A DNA stretch of 64,000 nt, from assembly GCA_018897195.1 (NCBI GenBank), contig JAHILH010000001.1:476565-540564 (forward strand). The letters run 5' to 3'. A program made the translations under genes and the position numbers. Positions 30,656 through 40,997 of this stretch are shown piece after piece (the stretch's first letter is position 1; every line of letters begins with the position of its first letter). Origin of the DNA: Patescibacteria group bacterium (GTDB lineage: Bacteria; Patescibacteriota; Patescibacteriia; Patescibacteriales; UBA12075). The notes below the pieces were generated by a model. It saw only the letters and a list, made by a program, of their open reading frames with translations, did not search any database and had not been told where the DNA came from.

Positions 30656-32899
30656 TTATTCCAAAATTTTTACATAGGTTGCGCTAACCCAACCTTCTTG
30701 TGTCTCATCGACTTTTATCTTATACCACTCCCCCTGGTTGTCTATTAATTCATAAACATTTTTCGGGTAAATCTTGGTAAGGATTGCGGCTTTGGTTGAT
30801 GAGGCCACTCGAACATTTAACCATGTCAAACCAGAATCGTCAAGGGAGACAAATTTCTTCTTACTATTGGCAAATAAAGCACTTAAGTCTTTAATAGAGC
30901 TAGCTTCACCAATCCCTTGCTGACTACTACTCGCCTCAGCAGCCCCTTGCTCCACACTTAAATCAACCTTTTGCCGGACCGCCACTTCTTTGTTTATAAT
31001 TTCAGAATCTTTTACAATAACTGCAGTGGTCGTAGCCATGACATTAACCGGCTTTGTCTTTGTCGCAATATTAACCCTGCCAGTTAAATAATATTCCTCA
31101 CCGTCTTTTTCCAAATTCAAAACTTCAACATTTTTAAAGCCAAAGTCTTTGTCATTATTATGTTGCTTTTTCGCTTCAGCGATAAACTTCGCTGTCACAT
31201 CTTTTTCATTATAAATCAACCACTCCATTGTTACTGGAAAAATAATCTTTTTCACTTCTAACACATTTATATAATGCTCCCATAATTTTTCACCAGGCTT
31301 AGTTTGTTTCAAGGCAAATTCCTTACTCTTTACTACTAATTTATCAATAGCTAAATTTTCTTTATAAACATCTTTATAAATCCTAGCCTTAATACTACTA
31401 GCACCGTACCCTGTCTTCCCCGTCGCAACGAGCACCTTAACATTGATAGCTTTTTCATAAGTTTTTTGTTGTTCAATTGCCAATTGTACTTTTTTGGCAC
31501 TCTGACCGCGATACCAAAAAGCCCAGCCAAGCAACGCAGTACCAACAACTAATAATACCAATAATTGCACCAACTGCTTATGCTCTTTTACCCAGGCGAG
31601 CTTATCACTCCCCTCTGACTCTTCCTGCATTTCTTCCATTTCGTCATCCAGGGGCGCTAAACCATATTCATTGGCATTAAAATTTAATGGAAAAACAGGT
31701 GAAATTTTATTCCAGGCAGTGTTATACCTTCTTAAAGCCAGACCCAGGGCCTCGGTAAACTCGATTGACAAACCCTCGGCCAAGATCTGACCATTGCTAA
31801 CTTTAATATCCTTGTTGGCGGTCTTATCTTCTTCTCCTTCGGCATTTTTAACAATAAGCTCATATTTCAAACCAGACAAGTTAGATGAGAGATATTCGAC
31901 AGATCCTTTTAGTTTACTAGAGCCGCCAACCAAAATAACTTCATTAATTACCTTGCCTGTCTTCATATTGTAATACTTAAGTGCGGTTTTTACCTCCTCA
32001 ACAATTTGCAACATGGCGCTTTTTAAAATTATTGGCACATTAACAAATTTTTCCGAAGGTAATATTCCAATCTCACGCTTTAACTGTCCAACCTCCTTGT
32101 GGTCATAGCCACTCTCTGTGCCATCTGCTTTTTTGCCAATACCATCTTGCAGTTTTTTGGAAAAATAATTACCAGCCGCATTAATAGCGCTCGAATACAT
32201 CAGGCCATGTTCGGAAATAATACTAACATTGGTAATACTGGCACCGATGTCAACTATTAAAATCGCATGGTCTAATAAGTTTCCAAATAAACCCTGAAAA
32301 GTTGAAAAAGTTTCCAGGGAAAAATCCTCTACTTTCAACTCCAGGGCTGCAAAAATATTTTTCCATTCTTCCACTACTTCATTTTGAACACCAACCACCA
32401 ACACCCTAATCTTTTCTATCAATTCGACTTTTTTTTCTACTTTGTTTTTAGGATTCTTGTTATTTTCTTCAAAATCATAAAAAACTTCATCAGCCACAGC
32501 CTTAAATCTTTCCAAAATTTTATAGGAAAAAACCAAGTCCTCGCGATTCAAGGGGATGGAAGATAAGGCCTCATCATAAGCAATCTTGTTCAAGTCTTTT
32601 TCTTGGCTGGCATCAACTTCAAAAATATGAGAATACACTTGTCTTTCCGGAATAGCAAATGATATCTCCTTGGGAACAATTCGTCGCGGACTAGCCTCGG
32701 CAAAAACTTTTTTAACATATTCCTTTAGTCTTTCCATGTTCATAATACGTCCATTCGAAACCACGCCCGGATCCATCAAAATCATACCTGAACTTACCAC
32801 TTCAAATTTTTTATCGAAACACCTAACATCAACCACTTTTATACTGTAGTCGGAAATATTTATGCCTACTAAATTTTTATTGGGGCAAACCTTAATCAT
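30656..32899 (-). CDS. pilM: Type IV pilus assembly protein PilM fused to a TM helix, an extracellular region and a C-terminal SH3b domain
   Basis: GINISDYSIK, VDIGASIT, LVGGSSKL, EALGLALR; TM near aa 445-465; LNVR...WYKIK...GWVSATYV. Confidence 0.8.
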   Translation of the reverse strand: MIKVCPNKNLVGINISDYSIKVVDVRCFDKKFEVVSSGMILMDPGVVSNGRIMNMERLKEYVKKVFAEASPRRIVPKEISFAIPERQVYSHIFEVDASQEKDLNKIAYDEALSSIPLNREDLVFSYKILERFKAVADEVFYDFEENNKNPKNKVEKKVELIEKIRVLVVGVQNEVVEEWKNIFAALELKVEDFSLETFSTFQGLFGNLLDHAILIVDIGASITNVSIISEHGLMYSSAINAAGNYFSKKLQDGIGKKADGTESGYDHKEVGQLKREIGILPSEKFVNVPIILKSAMLQIVEEVKTALKYYNMKTGKVINEVILVGGSSKLKGSVEYLSSNLSGLKYELIVKNAEGEEDKTANKDIKVSNGQILAEGLSIEFTEALGLALRRYNTAWNKISPVFPLNFNANEYGLAPLDDEMEEMQEESEGSDKLAWVKEHKQLVQLLVLLVVGTALLGWAFWYRGQSAKKVQLAIEQQKTYEKAINVKVLVATGKTGYGASSIKARIYKDVYKENLAIDKLVVKSKEFALKQTKPGEKLWEHYINVLEVKKIIFPVTMEWLIYNEKDVTAKFIAEAKKQHNNDKDFGFKNVEVLNLEKDGEEYYLTGRVNIATKTKPVNVMATTTAVIVKDSEIINKEVAVRQKVDLSVEQGAAEASSSQQGIGEASSIKDLSALFANSKKKFVSLDDSGLTWLNVRVASSTKAAILTKIYPKNVYELIDNQGEWYKIKVDETQEGWVSATYVKILE

Positions 32900-33287
32900 T
32901 TAAACTCCATTTATTAATAATTATTTTATCATTATTTATTACTACATTGGCGGTAATTTTTTTATGATAATCAGTAATTGTGCCTTCTGCTATAATCAGA
33001 CGCTCATCACCACCGCCCTCCACGGTCATCAAACAAGAGCCGTCACCTTGCATTAAATTTAAATCTATTACCGCGTAATTATGATCAAATTGCAAACGAC
33101 GCAATGATTCTTCAATGCAACCCTCTGTTAAATACTCCACCTCGCTTTTTTTGTCAGAAACAAAGGAAGTGTTCAGGCTGCTCATGCTCAAAAAAGCAGC
33201 ACTACGTGCCATAATCAGCGCAGCCGCTCCAATCACCAAAATTGTAAATATCGCCGCCATACCTTTTTGATTTGATAAATTTTTCAT
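32892..33287 (-). CDS. PilX-like minor pilin
   Basis: NQKG-MAAIFTILVI class III-like signal without E5. Confidence 0.65.
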   Translation of the reverse strand: MKNLSNQKGMAAIFTILVIGAAALIMARSAAFLSMSSLNTSFVSDKKSEVEYLTEGCIEESLRRLQFDHNYAVIDLNLMQGDGSCLMTVEGGGDERLIIAEGTITDYHKKITANVVINNDKIIINKWSLND

Positions 33288-33288
33288 A

Positions 33289-33813
33289 TTAGCGAAGTGT
33301 AATACTTGTCTGATATTGTTTATTATATTCATATGCCCTGCTGTTATGATAGCGATATTCCATATCCAAGTTTATAACAATATTATCTTTTTGCCCGAGC
33401 AAAGCAGTATTCACAAAGGACAAATCTTTTATATTAATCTCGTCACCGCTAATTTGTGTTGCATCAGCTATACCCTCAGCTAAATATAAAATGCCATCAG
33501 TCACCGAAAAAGTCATATTTTCTTCTGGATCCGGCATGTCCAGCACCAAAATATTGGTCGTCGAATCCCCGGTTAATGGCGACAAAACTTGCCGCGATTT
33601 TTTCAAATAGTCCTCCAAAAAATTAATCGTTAGCGCGCCATTCGCTTCCACGTCTTGGATTACCGAAGTCTTTGCGCGCAAATCCGACATTTGCGAACCA
33701 AAACCAACAAATAAACCAACGGAGACACCGATAAAAGCGATATACATTATCGCTTCAACCAGGGTAAAACCTGACAGATTTTCTATATTTTGTTTTAACT
33801 TTCTTTCAAACAT
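33289..33813 (-). CDS. Prepilin (PilW-like minor pilin)
   Basis: SG-FTLVE. Confidence 0.85.
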   Translation of the reverse strand: MFERKLKQNIENLSGFTLVEAIMYIAFIGVSVGLFVGFGSQMSDLRAKTSVIQDVEANGALTINFLEDYLKKSRQVLSPLTGDSTTNILVLDMPDPEENMTFSVTDGILYLAEGIADATQISGDEINIKDLSFVNTALLGQKDNIVINLDMEYRYHNSRAYEYNKQYQTSITLR

Positions 33814-34787
33814 TAATTATAATTTATTCTCATTTCTTGCAGAATTGGCGTTGCGACACTATTGCCGCTAAATTCAATGCGATATTTTATCCAACGTTTT
33901 TCGTTACAATCCGTATTTAAAAATTCCCCAGTTGAAGTCGCAAAATAATCACTCTCATCACCATCATCACCATCTGGTCCAGACCAGGTTTGATTCCAAT
34001 CACCAGGAGCATCAGCAACATCAAGGGCGGTCTTAATTAAAACTCTTATTTCGCACTCCGGGCACTCACTTGTTTTCGTACCAGTAGCTGTCCATTCAAT
34101 AATATTAAAATTTCCGCCCACGGGAATTGAAAAGGCCGATGATTCCAAATAAGCACTAATCGCGTAAGTAGACGTTGCTATTTCCTTTAGCGTCACCGAA
34201 CTCGAGCTCGCCTGAACATTACCATCATCATTGGCGTATTTACTTGCATCCACCCAAATATCCTGTCCAAGACCACCAGACCAATCATTCTGCTTCCAAA
34301 AAGACGAATCCCAATTGGTCAAATACGTTACACGCCGAGCTTGTTTTTGATCAAGCCCCATTACTTCCCAATTCACCACCACTTCTACCTTTTTACTATA
34401 TAAATCCAAGATTGCACCCACTGCATTGCTAGCTACTAGCTCGCCGCTGTCATTTCGAAAAATTGGATAAAAATTAATTTGACGACCAAAAATACCGACC
34501 TGTTCACTTGTCCCTTCACCCATTAATTCCCAATGACCACCATCACGACTCAAAGCGCTTTGCTCATAAAGCAAATTATTCCATTTATTATCCTTAATAA
34601 AACGCACAGCCTCAATTCCCTCATTAGCTAAATTATTCGCCTGCGTGATTTCTGATTGTCGTGTCAAAAGACTAAAACCGCCCATTAATAAACTCGCCAA
34701 AGATGTTGTAATCAATGAAAAAATTGCCATCGCTATTACAATTTCCATTAAAGAGCTGCCTTGATTATTTAATCTAAATTTCAACAT
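33813..34787 (-). CDS. Prepilin (PilV-like minor pilin) with an extra C-terminal domain
   Basis: QG-SSLME. Confidence 0.8.
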   Translation of the reverse strand: MLKFRLNNQGSSLMEIVIAMAIFSLITTSLASLLMGGFSLLTRQSEITQANNLANEGIEAVRFIKDNKWNNLLYEQSALSRDGGHWELMGEGTSEQVGIFGRQINFYPIFRNDSGELVASNAVGAILDLYSKKVEVVVNWEVMGLDQKQARRVTYLTNWDSSFWKQNDWSGGLGQDIWVDASKYANDDGNVQASSSSVTLKEIATSTYAISAYLESSAFSIPVGGNFNIIEWTATGTKTSECPECEIRVLIKTALDVADAPGDWNQTWSGPDGDDGDESDYFATSTGEFLNTDCNEKRWIKYRIEFSGNSVATPILQEMRINYN

Positions 34788-35244
34788 GCGTTTTTATTTC
34801 CAGGGGAATTCCGTATTGATTAATCTCTATGCCTCTTTTTTCACCACCAAAATTAAATTCCACTTGCCCTATTGCATCCGGATCACCAGCACTTTGTGTG
34901 TAATTTATATCATTAGCTGGAATCGTTGTTGAAATGGTTACGCCTGGTTCCAAATTCAAAACTTGGTCATAGACCTCATCACGAATGAAAAACGAAGGAC
35001 CTTGATATAAAACAACTTTATGGTTACCGGGATCAAAATACACGCCGTGATTAGCTCCCCGCAAGCCGGCTCGACTCTGCTCCCGCGCTGAACGCAAAAA
35101 ATCAACCGCCTGGGCCAAACTTTCATCTAATTTTGTTGACGCTTGCAGATTACCGTATAACGGAATTGAAATAACCGAAATCGAAATGGTTAAACCAATA
35201 GTTATTAACAATTCAATTAATGAAAAGCCTTGTTTGTTTTTCAT
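34774..35244 (-). CDS. Prepilin (FimT-like minor pilin)
   Basis: QG-FSLIELL. Confidence 0.85.
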   Translation of the reverse strand: MKNKQGFSLIELLITIGLTISISVISIPLYGNLQASTKLDESLAQAVDFLRSAREQSRAGLRGANHGVYFDPGNHKVVLYQGPSFFIRDEVYDQVLNLEPGVTISTTIPANDINYTQSAGDPDAIGQVEFNFGGEKRGIEINQYGIPLEIKTHVEI

Positions 35245-35421
35245 AAAAGCAAAAAACACCCTCAAAACAAGCACCCTTCCCCTCCTTTTTTCCTCCTTGC
35301 TTATGAGCATACTTTATGAGAATATTATAACACAAATAGCAACGAAAAACAAAATATTTTCAAAACAAAAAAAATACCATTCATTGTAAATGGGATTTTT
35401 AAAAAATCTATATTAAACAAC

Positions 35422-36165
35422 CTAGTTAAGGTGGTATTTTTCGAAAAATTTTATAACCAAATCAATCTCTACCTGCACCCTTTCTTCAATTTCAAGCTTT
35501 AAAATATTAGCGAAACTATTTTCCAAAATTTTCCGTAATAAAATAACAGCCTCAATTGAAACTAAAATATTATATTTTCGCTCTTCTGGAAGGGCGCTCA
35601 CACAGTGCTCACACTCCAACCCACCCTTCTTGGCATTAAAATATAATTTTTTCGACTGATCAATTTGGCCACAGCCAAGGCATGTATTCAAAATTGGTTG
35701 ATAGCCGAGCAAGGACATTAATTTAAAAATAAAAAATCCATAGTCTTTTTGTGTAGTCGAACATTCATCTTTCTCGACTGCTTTAACGGAATTTAGGCTG
35801 CTCAAAAAATCGACCAATAGAAAAAAAATGTTTTCATCTACCTCGTGCGCTTTCACAACTTCACCCACGCGCCGCAAAACTGCACCCGTGCTCATTATCT
35901 TATTATAATCTTCTTTAAGATTGCGAAAACAATCGCGTGCCAAAGCTGAGCCGACATAATCATAGTTCTTTCCTCTGATTATCATAATTTCCACCAATGA
36001 CATCGGTTCTAGATGCGCCGCCAACTTCGACTTTGCCTTCTTTGTTCCCCGCGCAATCAGCTCCATTAAACCCTTTTCTTGACTATAAACCAAAACACGA
36101 CCATCGGTTTCCCGAAAGTCGTCTCTTTTCAAAATTATACCCTGGATATTGAAGGTTTCGTTCAT
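35422..36165 (-). CDS. recO: DNA repair protein RecO
   Basis: GIILKR..E.D..ARG..K.KSKL; CxxC...CxxC. Confidence 0.92.
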   Translation of the reverse strand: MNETFNIQGIILKRDDFRETDGRVLVYSQEKGLMELIARGTKKAKSKLAAHLEPMSLVEIMIIRGKNYDYVGSALARDCFRNLKEDYNKIMSTGAVLRRVGEVVKAHEVDENIFFLLVDFLSSLNSVKAVEKDECSTTQKDYGFFIFKLMSLLGYQPILNTCLGCGQIDQSKKLYFNAKKGGLECEHCVSALPEERKYNILVSIEAVILLRKILENSFANILKLEIEERVQVEIDLVIKFFEKYHLN

Positions 36166-36536
36166 ATCGAATCAAAATAACTTTGCAAAATCTCCATCGC
36201 CGCAATCTCATCGCGCGAAGCTTTTGTTTTTTTGTCACCGATGCGAGCATCACCAGCCTTACTTGATAAGCGTTCGTCAACCTCTTTAATTGGAATATCA
36301 ATTGCCTGTTTCAAACTTTCCAAAAAATCCGCAAATCTTTGCGGGAGCTTGTGCGTCACGTCGGAAATCGAATAAGGCACGCCAATGACCACCACTTCAA
36401 TCTCTTCGCTCTTAATGATTTTCACCAACTCTCGAAAATCATTGGCAACCTTAAAAGGTGAAGCGAGTTTTACTTCGTCTTCACCTATGGCCAAACCAAT
36501 TCTTTTTTCCCCCCAATCAACGCCTAAATATTTCAT
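36162..36536 (-). CDS. ruvX: Holliday junction resolvase-like RuvX/YqgF
   Basis: LGVDWGEKRIGLA, VDERLSS, DEIAA. Confidence 0.93.
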   Translation of the reverse strand: MKYLGVDWGEKRIGLAIGEDEVKLASPFKVANDFRELVKIIKSEEIEVVVIGVPYSISDVTHKLPQRFADFLESLKQAIDIPIKEVDERLSSKAGDARIGDKKTKASRDEIAAMEILQSYFDSI

Positions 36537-36573
36537 AGATTATTTATTTTAATTTTCATTCCTGGTTAGACTG

Positions 36574-36609
36574 CCCCTCACCCCGACCCTCTCCCGCGGG
36601 GCGAGGGAG
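36574..36609. repeat. Solo family A repeat
   Basis: Shares the AGACTG flank with the copy at 63305. Confidence 0.9.
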
Positions 36610-36618
36610 AATTAAAAA

Positions 36619-36867
36619 TTATTTCTTCTTTTTAATTGCATTAATACCGATAATCGTGCCCAAGACAGCCGCCGCCCCGGCGACACCAGCCAATACCTGA
36701 TGCTTGGTTTTTTCATCGGTCTTCGCATATTTGTCTTTGGCCAGTTTCACTAATTTTTCAATTTGTACAATACCTTCGTTAATTTTTTCAGTCACCACGT
36801 CTTTTATCTCATTTTTTTCGCCTACTTTTGGCTTGCAACTTCGACAAGCGGTTTTTTTGACTACCAT
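36619..36867 (-). CDS. Small hypothetical protein with a C-terminal TM anchor
   Basis: 82 aa, tail-anchored architecture. Confidence 0.65.
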   Translation of the reverse strand: MVVKKTACRSCKPKVGEKNEIKDVVTEKINEGIVQIEKLVKLAKDKYAKTDEKTKHQVLAGVAGAAAVLGTIIGINAIKKKK

Positions 36868-36926
36868 ATTTTTAGAGTTAGTTTATAAAGATAATTCTAT
36901 TATATTAATAAAAGATTAAGATAAAA

Positions 36927-37709
36927 TTAAAAAGCTGTAATCACCTCACAACCATCATCGGTCACTGCGACCGTATGTTCAAAATGAGCGCTCACGCTAC
37001 CATCAGTGGTTACGATTGTAAAACCGTCATTGGCATTTCTAACTTGATATTTTCCAATATTAACCATCGGCTCAATCGCGATTGTCATGCCAGATTTCAA
37101 AATAATGTTATCCATACTCTTCTTGGGGATTTCAAAATTTGGTACTTGGGGCGCCTCATGAACGCCGTGTCCAACCCCATGACCAACTAAGTCACGAACC
37201 ACGGAATAACCACGTGCCTCAACATATCTCTGTACGGCTATGCCAATCTCGCGAATTTCCGCTCCCGCTCTTACCTTGCTAATCGCTAACTCCAAAGACT
37301 TCTTTGTTGCCTCCAGTAGATTTAAAATCTTTTTATCAACTACGCCCACTGGTACCGTAATTGCCATATCTGTAAACATCCCATTTTTGGCCGGATACTC
37401 CATACCAATATCAATTCCAATAACATCCCCTTTTTTTAAGATCCTGGCTGGTATTGCTGGACCATGAACAACCTCACTATTTATCGAAGTGCACAATGCA
37501 GTCGGAAAAGGCTTTGCACTACCCACCTTATATCCCTTAAAAGCTGGTCTACCTCCTGCCGCCAAAATCAACCGATTAGCTTCTTTTTCGAGATCTGCAG
37601 TACTCACGCCTGGTTTCACCATGTCGCCTAATTTAGCCAAAATACTAGACAATATATTACCCCCCTCGCGCATAATCGCAATTTCTTCTTTTGTTTTAAT
37701 TGTTATCAT
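36927..37709 (-). CDS. map: Methionine aminopeptidase type I
   Basis: VVHG, DIG, GHGVG..HE, AIEPM, SAHFEHT. Confidence 0.96.
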   Translation of the reverse strand: MITIKTKEEIAIMREGGNILSSILAKLGDMVKPGVSTADLEKEANRLILAAGGRPAFKGYKVGSAKPFPTALCTSINSEVVHGPAIPARILKKGDVIGIDIGMEYPAKNGMFTDMAITVPVGVVDKKILNLLEATKKSLELAISKVRAGAEIREIGIAVQRYVEARGYSVVRDLVGHGVGHGVHEAPQVPNFEIPKKSMDNIILKSGMTIAIEPMVNIGKYQVRNANDGFTIVTTDGSVSAHFEHTVAVTDDGCEVITAF

Positions 37710-37775
37710 ATTTTTAAATATTTAATTTCGATACAGATTTTTTATCATATTTAAGATAAATATGCAAGAAAATTA

Positions 37776-38870
37776 CTAATTCTGCACATTGCCCGTCATC
37801 TTATAGATAGGTGTGATAATAGCAATCGCCAAACCACCAACCATTAAACCAATAAAAATCAAAAGCATCGGCTCAATGGCGGTTGAAAGAGTTTTAGTGG
37901 CATTATTAACCTCAGTTTCATAATAATCAGCCAAATACGTCAATACCTCTTCCAAGCGACCGGAATTTTCACCAATCTTAAGCATGCTCACCAAAAGAGA
38001 CGGAAAAAGATTGCCATGACGACTAAGGTTCTCCGACATTTTGGTTCCTTGCCTAGTCTTCATAGCCAAATCTTCCAAGGCCTTTCGATAATAATAATTA
38101 TCAATCGTATCCTTAGTAATGCGCAAGGCCTCGTCAATATTTAAACCACTTTTTAATAGTGTTCCCAGGGTAGAAGAAAAAATCGTTAAATTTTTATTGC
38201 GGCTAATATTTTTTACAATCGGAATTTGCAAAATTAAATAATCAGACACCGGTTTAAAAAACTTCTGTCTAAATATCCATAATAAAAATATTACCCCCGC
38301 AACAATCATCGGAAAAAGAAGTTTACCTTGTTTTTGGATAATATCAGAAAAAGCGATTAAGACCCGAGTCGACATTGGCAAATCCATACCCAAGCCCTTG
38401 AATAGCGGCGTTATTTTTGGTAAAACGACAAAAGAAATCGCCATAGCTAAAACGAAAGCCAAGGTCAAAACAATCATCGGATATACCATCGCGCCTTTAA
38501 TCTTATCCATCAACTCCTTGTCCTTTTTTAAATGATTAGCCAAGTTATCTAAATTCTCATCCAAGGTTCCCGACGACTCACCCACAAAAACTGTATTTAC
38601 AAAAATAGGTGGAAAAATTTTGGGAAATTTTCCCAGCGAAACTGATAAAGAATTGCCTGCATCAACCGATCGTTTAATCACACCAATAACTTTCTTTAAC
38701 TTTCCTTCAGCCTGTCCGTAGACAATATCCAAAGCCTCTGTAATCGTCAAACCAGACTTCAACATCACGGCCAAATGCTTCGCAAAGGTAATTTTTTGAC
38801 CAAAATTAATACCACCGATACTAATATCCATATCTAGCGCGCTTTTTTTAGGATTGTTTATTTTTTGCAT
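37776..38870 (-). CDS. pilC: Type IV pilus platform protein PilC (T2SSF family)
   Basis: Two T2SSF repeats, GESSGTL/GENSGRL, YP and EP motifs. Confidence 0.92.
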   Translation of the reverse strand: MQKINNPKKSALDMDISIGGINFGQKITFAKHLAVMLKSGLTITEALDIVYGQAEGKLKKVIGVIKRSVDAGNSLSVSLGKFPKIFPPIFVNTVFVGESSGTLDENLDNLANHLKKDKELMDKIKGAMVYPMIVLTLAFVLAMAISFVVLPKITPLFKGLGMDLPMSTRVLIAFSDIIQKQGKLLFPMIVAGVIFLLWIFRQKFFKPVSDYLILQIPIVKNISRNKNLTIFSSTLGTLLKSGLNIDEALRITKDTIDNYYYRKALEDLAMKTRQGTKMSENLSRHGNLFPSLLVSMLKIGENSGRLEEVLTYLADYYETEVNNATKTLSTAIEPMLLIFIGLMVGGLAIAIITPIYKMTGNVQN

Positions 38871-38902
38871 AAATATCTAATTTTGAATTTCAAATTTTCG
38901 CC

Positions 38903-40594
38903 CTAATCCATGGTGACCCGTACCACTTCCATGATCGTCGTCTCACCATTAAAAATCTTTCTAACCCCATCATGAAGCATGACCGTCATACCCTCTTCTT
39001 TAGCCGCCTTTAAAATCACGTCGCTATTCACGCGATCAATAACCAAGCCACGAATCCTTTCAGTCATTTCCAAAATTTCAAAAACGCCAATACGTCCAGA
39101 AAAACCAGTGTTACCACAAACAGGACAACCCAGACCTTTATAGAAACGCATATTTTTAAAATCTGTCTGTCCTTCTAATTTCAAAATATTTTGAATAGCT
39201 TTACTTTTTTCAATGATTCTCAATTCATCTTCAGATATTTGATAAGAAACGATACACTTGCGGCAAATACGCCGCACCAATCTTTGGGCAATAGCCACAT
39301 TGACTGTCGAGGCGACCAAAAATGGTTCAATGCCCATTTCCAAAAAACGAGGCAAGGTAGTGGCCGCATCATTTGTATGCAAAGTAGACAACACTAAGTG
39401 ACCTGTTAAAGCTGAATTAACGGCAATATTGGCCGTTTCTTCATCACGAATTTCTCCAATCATGATAATGTCTGGATCTTGACGTAAAATTGCCCGCAAA
39501 CCATTAGCAAAGGTTAAATTAGTTTTATTATTTACCTGAATCTGATTAACGCCTTCCACATTATACTCCACCGGATCTTCAATTGAAGAAATATTAATTT
39601 CACGTTTATTTAAGATTTTTAAAATACCATAGACAGTTGTTGTTTTACCGGAACCAGTGGGACCAGTCACCAGAATCATACCGTGCGGATTTTTAATTGT
39701 CTTGTTGATTAATTTCAAATTATCATCAAAAAAACCCAAATCTTCCAAGCCATAGTTGCGATTTTTGGATGACAACAAACGCATCACTACTTTTTCACCA
39801 TTAGCTGTCGGCAAAATCGAAACACGAACATCTAAATCCTCCAAGGCGGTTTTAAAACTAATCTTGCCATCCTGCGCTGCCCGGTGTTCGTCCGTACGCA
39901 TCTTGGCCATGATTTTAATTCTCGACACAATTAATTCTGACAAACTCTTAGGGACATTTAAGACATCGTGCAAAATACCATCGACCCGAAATCGAATCAT
40001 AATCTCATTAATAAAAGGCTCGATATGAATATCAGAGGCTTTGCTTTGGTAGCCATATTCCAAAATTACATCCACGATTTCAACCGTCAATTCATCTTTC
40101 TGAGTAACGGAAATTGATTTATTTTTTAATTTTTGTAGGATTTTTTTGAATTTTTCCTGCGCGCTACCCTTATATTTTCCCAGAGCATATTCCAAGTCAT
40201 GCCTTGTAATATAATATGGAATAATTTTTTTGCCAATCTTTTTCTGGACCAAGTGCATTATCTCAATATCATCCGGATTGGTCATGCCTACCTTGGCAAA
40301 ATTATCATTCTTCTCAAAAACAATTACTCCGCGTGCCCGCGCTACTCTTTCGGGAATTAAATTTAATAATTTTTCATCCAATTTCTCCTCGCGTAAATTA
40401 GCAAAACTAATTTTCAACTCTTCAGCCACAATTTTCCCCAACTGATCTGGTGTCACCAAATTGGTTGACGGCAAATAATCTAAAAGAGAGAGATTTTTTA
40501 AATCCGCCTCTTTTACTACTGTTTCCAGTTTATCCCAGGGAATCAAGTTTGATCCCAACAGTAAAATCTTCAATTGATTATTTGACAACTTCAT
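38903..40594 (-). CDS. pilB: Type IV pilus extension ATPase PilB (GspE/PulE)
   Basis: ASDIHIEP, GPTGSGKTTT, LRQDPD, TGHLVLSTLH, tetracysteine motif. Confidence 0.95.
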   Translation of the reverse strand: MKLSNNQLKILLLGSNLIPWDKLETVVKEADLKNLSLLDYLPSTNLVTPDQLGKIVAEELKISFANLREEKLDEKLLNLIPERVARARGVIVFEKNDNFAKVGMTNPDDIEIMHLVQKKIGKKIIPYYITRHDLEYALGKYKGSAQEKFKKILQKLKNKSISVTQKDELTVEIVDVILEYGYQSKASDIHIEPFINEIMIRFRVDGILHDVLNVPKSLSELIVSRIKIMAKMRTDEHRAAQDGKISFKTALEDLDVRVSILPTANGEKVVMRLLSSKNRNYGLEDLGFFDDNLKLINKTIKNPHGMILVTGPTGSGKTTTVYGILKILNKREINISSIEDPVEYNVEGVNQIQVNNKTNLTFANGLRAILRQDPDIIMIGEIRDEETANIAVNSALTGHLVLSTLHTNDAATTLPRFLEMGIEPFLVASTVNVAIAQRLVRRICRKCIVSYQISEDELRIIEKSKAIQNILKLEGQTDFKNMRFYKGLGCPVCGNTGFSGRIGVFEILEMTERIRGLVIDRVNSDVILKAAKEEGMTVMLHDGVRKIFNGETTIMEVVRVTMD

Positions 40595-40611
40595 AAGCCT
40601 CCCTTTTAATT

Positions 40612-40980
40612 TTATTCCTCCATTAACGCCTCCAACACTGTTGCGATAATCTGCTTTTGCGAATAAGAATCTTTTTGCAAATATTTATAAGCCCCCAGCG
40701 CCAGCGCCTCATCAATGTCTTTTTTTTGTGACAAAATTGAGGCCACTAAAACTTTAACATCTTTTAATATTTTGTCTTTTTTAATTTTTGCCAAAAAATC
40801 AAAGCCATTTATACGTGGCGAAACAAGTTCAAGTAAAATTAAATCCGGCTTATTTTCACTAGCCATCTTTAAACCTTCTTCACCATTTGAAGCTAAATCT
40901 ACAGTGATATTCTGTTGATAAAGCTCTGATTGATAAATTGTTTTAGTTGTATTATCTTTTTCAACTACAAGAACTCGCAT
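40612..40980 (-). CDS. Degenerate (pseudo-)receiver protein
   Basis: Receiver-like sequence, but the phosphoacceptor Asp is Glu (DLILLELVSP) and EKD replaces EDD. Confidence 0.8.
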   Translation of the reverse strand: MRVLVVEKDNTTKTIYQSELYQQNITVDLASNGEEGLKMASENKPDLILLELVSPRINGFDFLAKIKKDKILKDVKVLVASILSQKKDIDEALALGAYKYLQKDSYSQKQIIATVLEALMEE

Positions 40981-40997
40981 ATTCTAAATTTAAAAAA

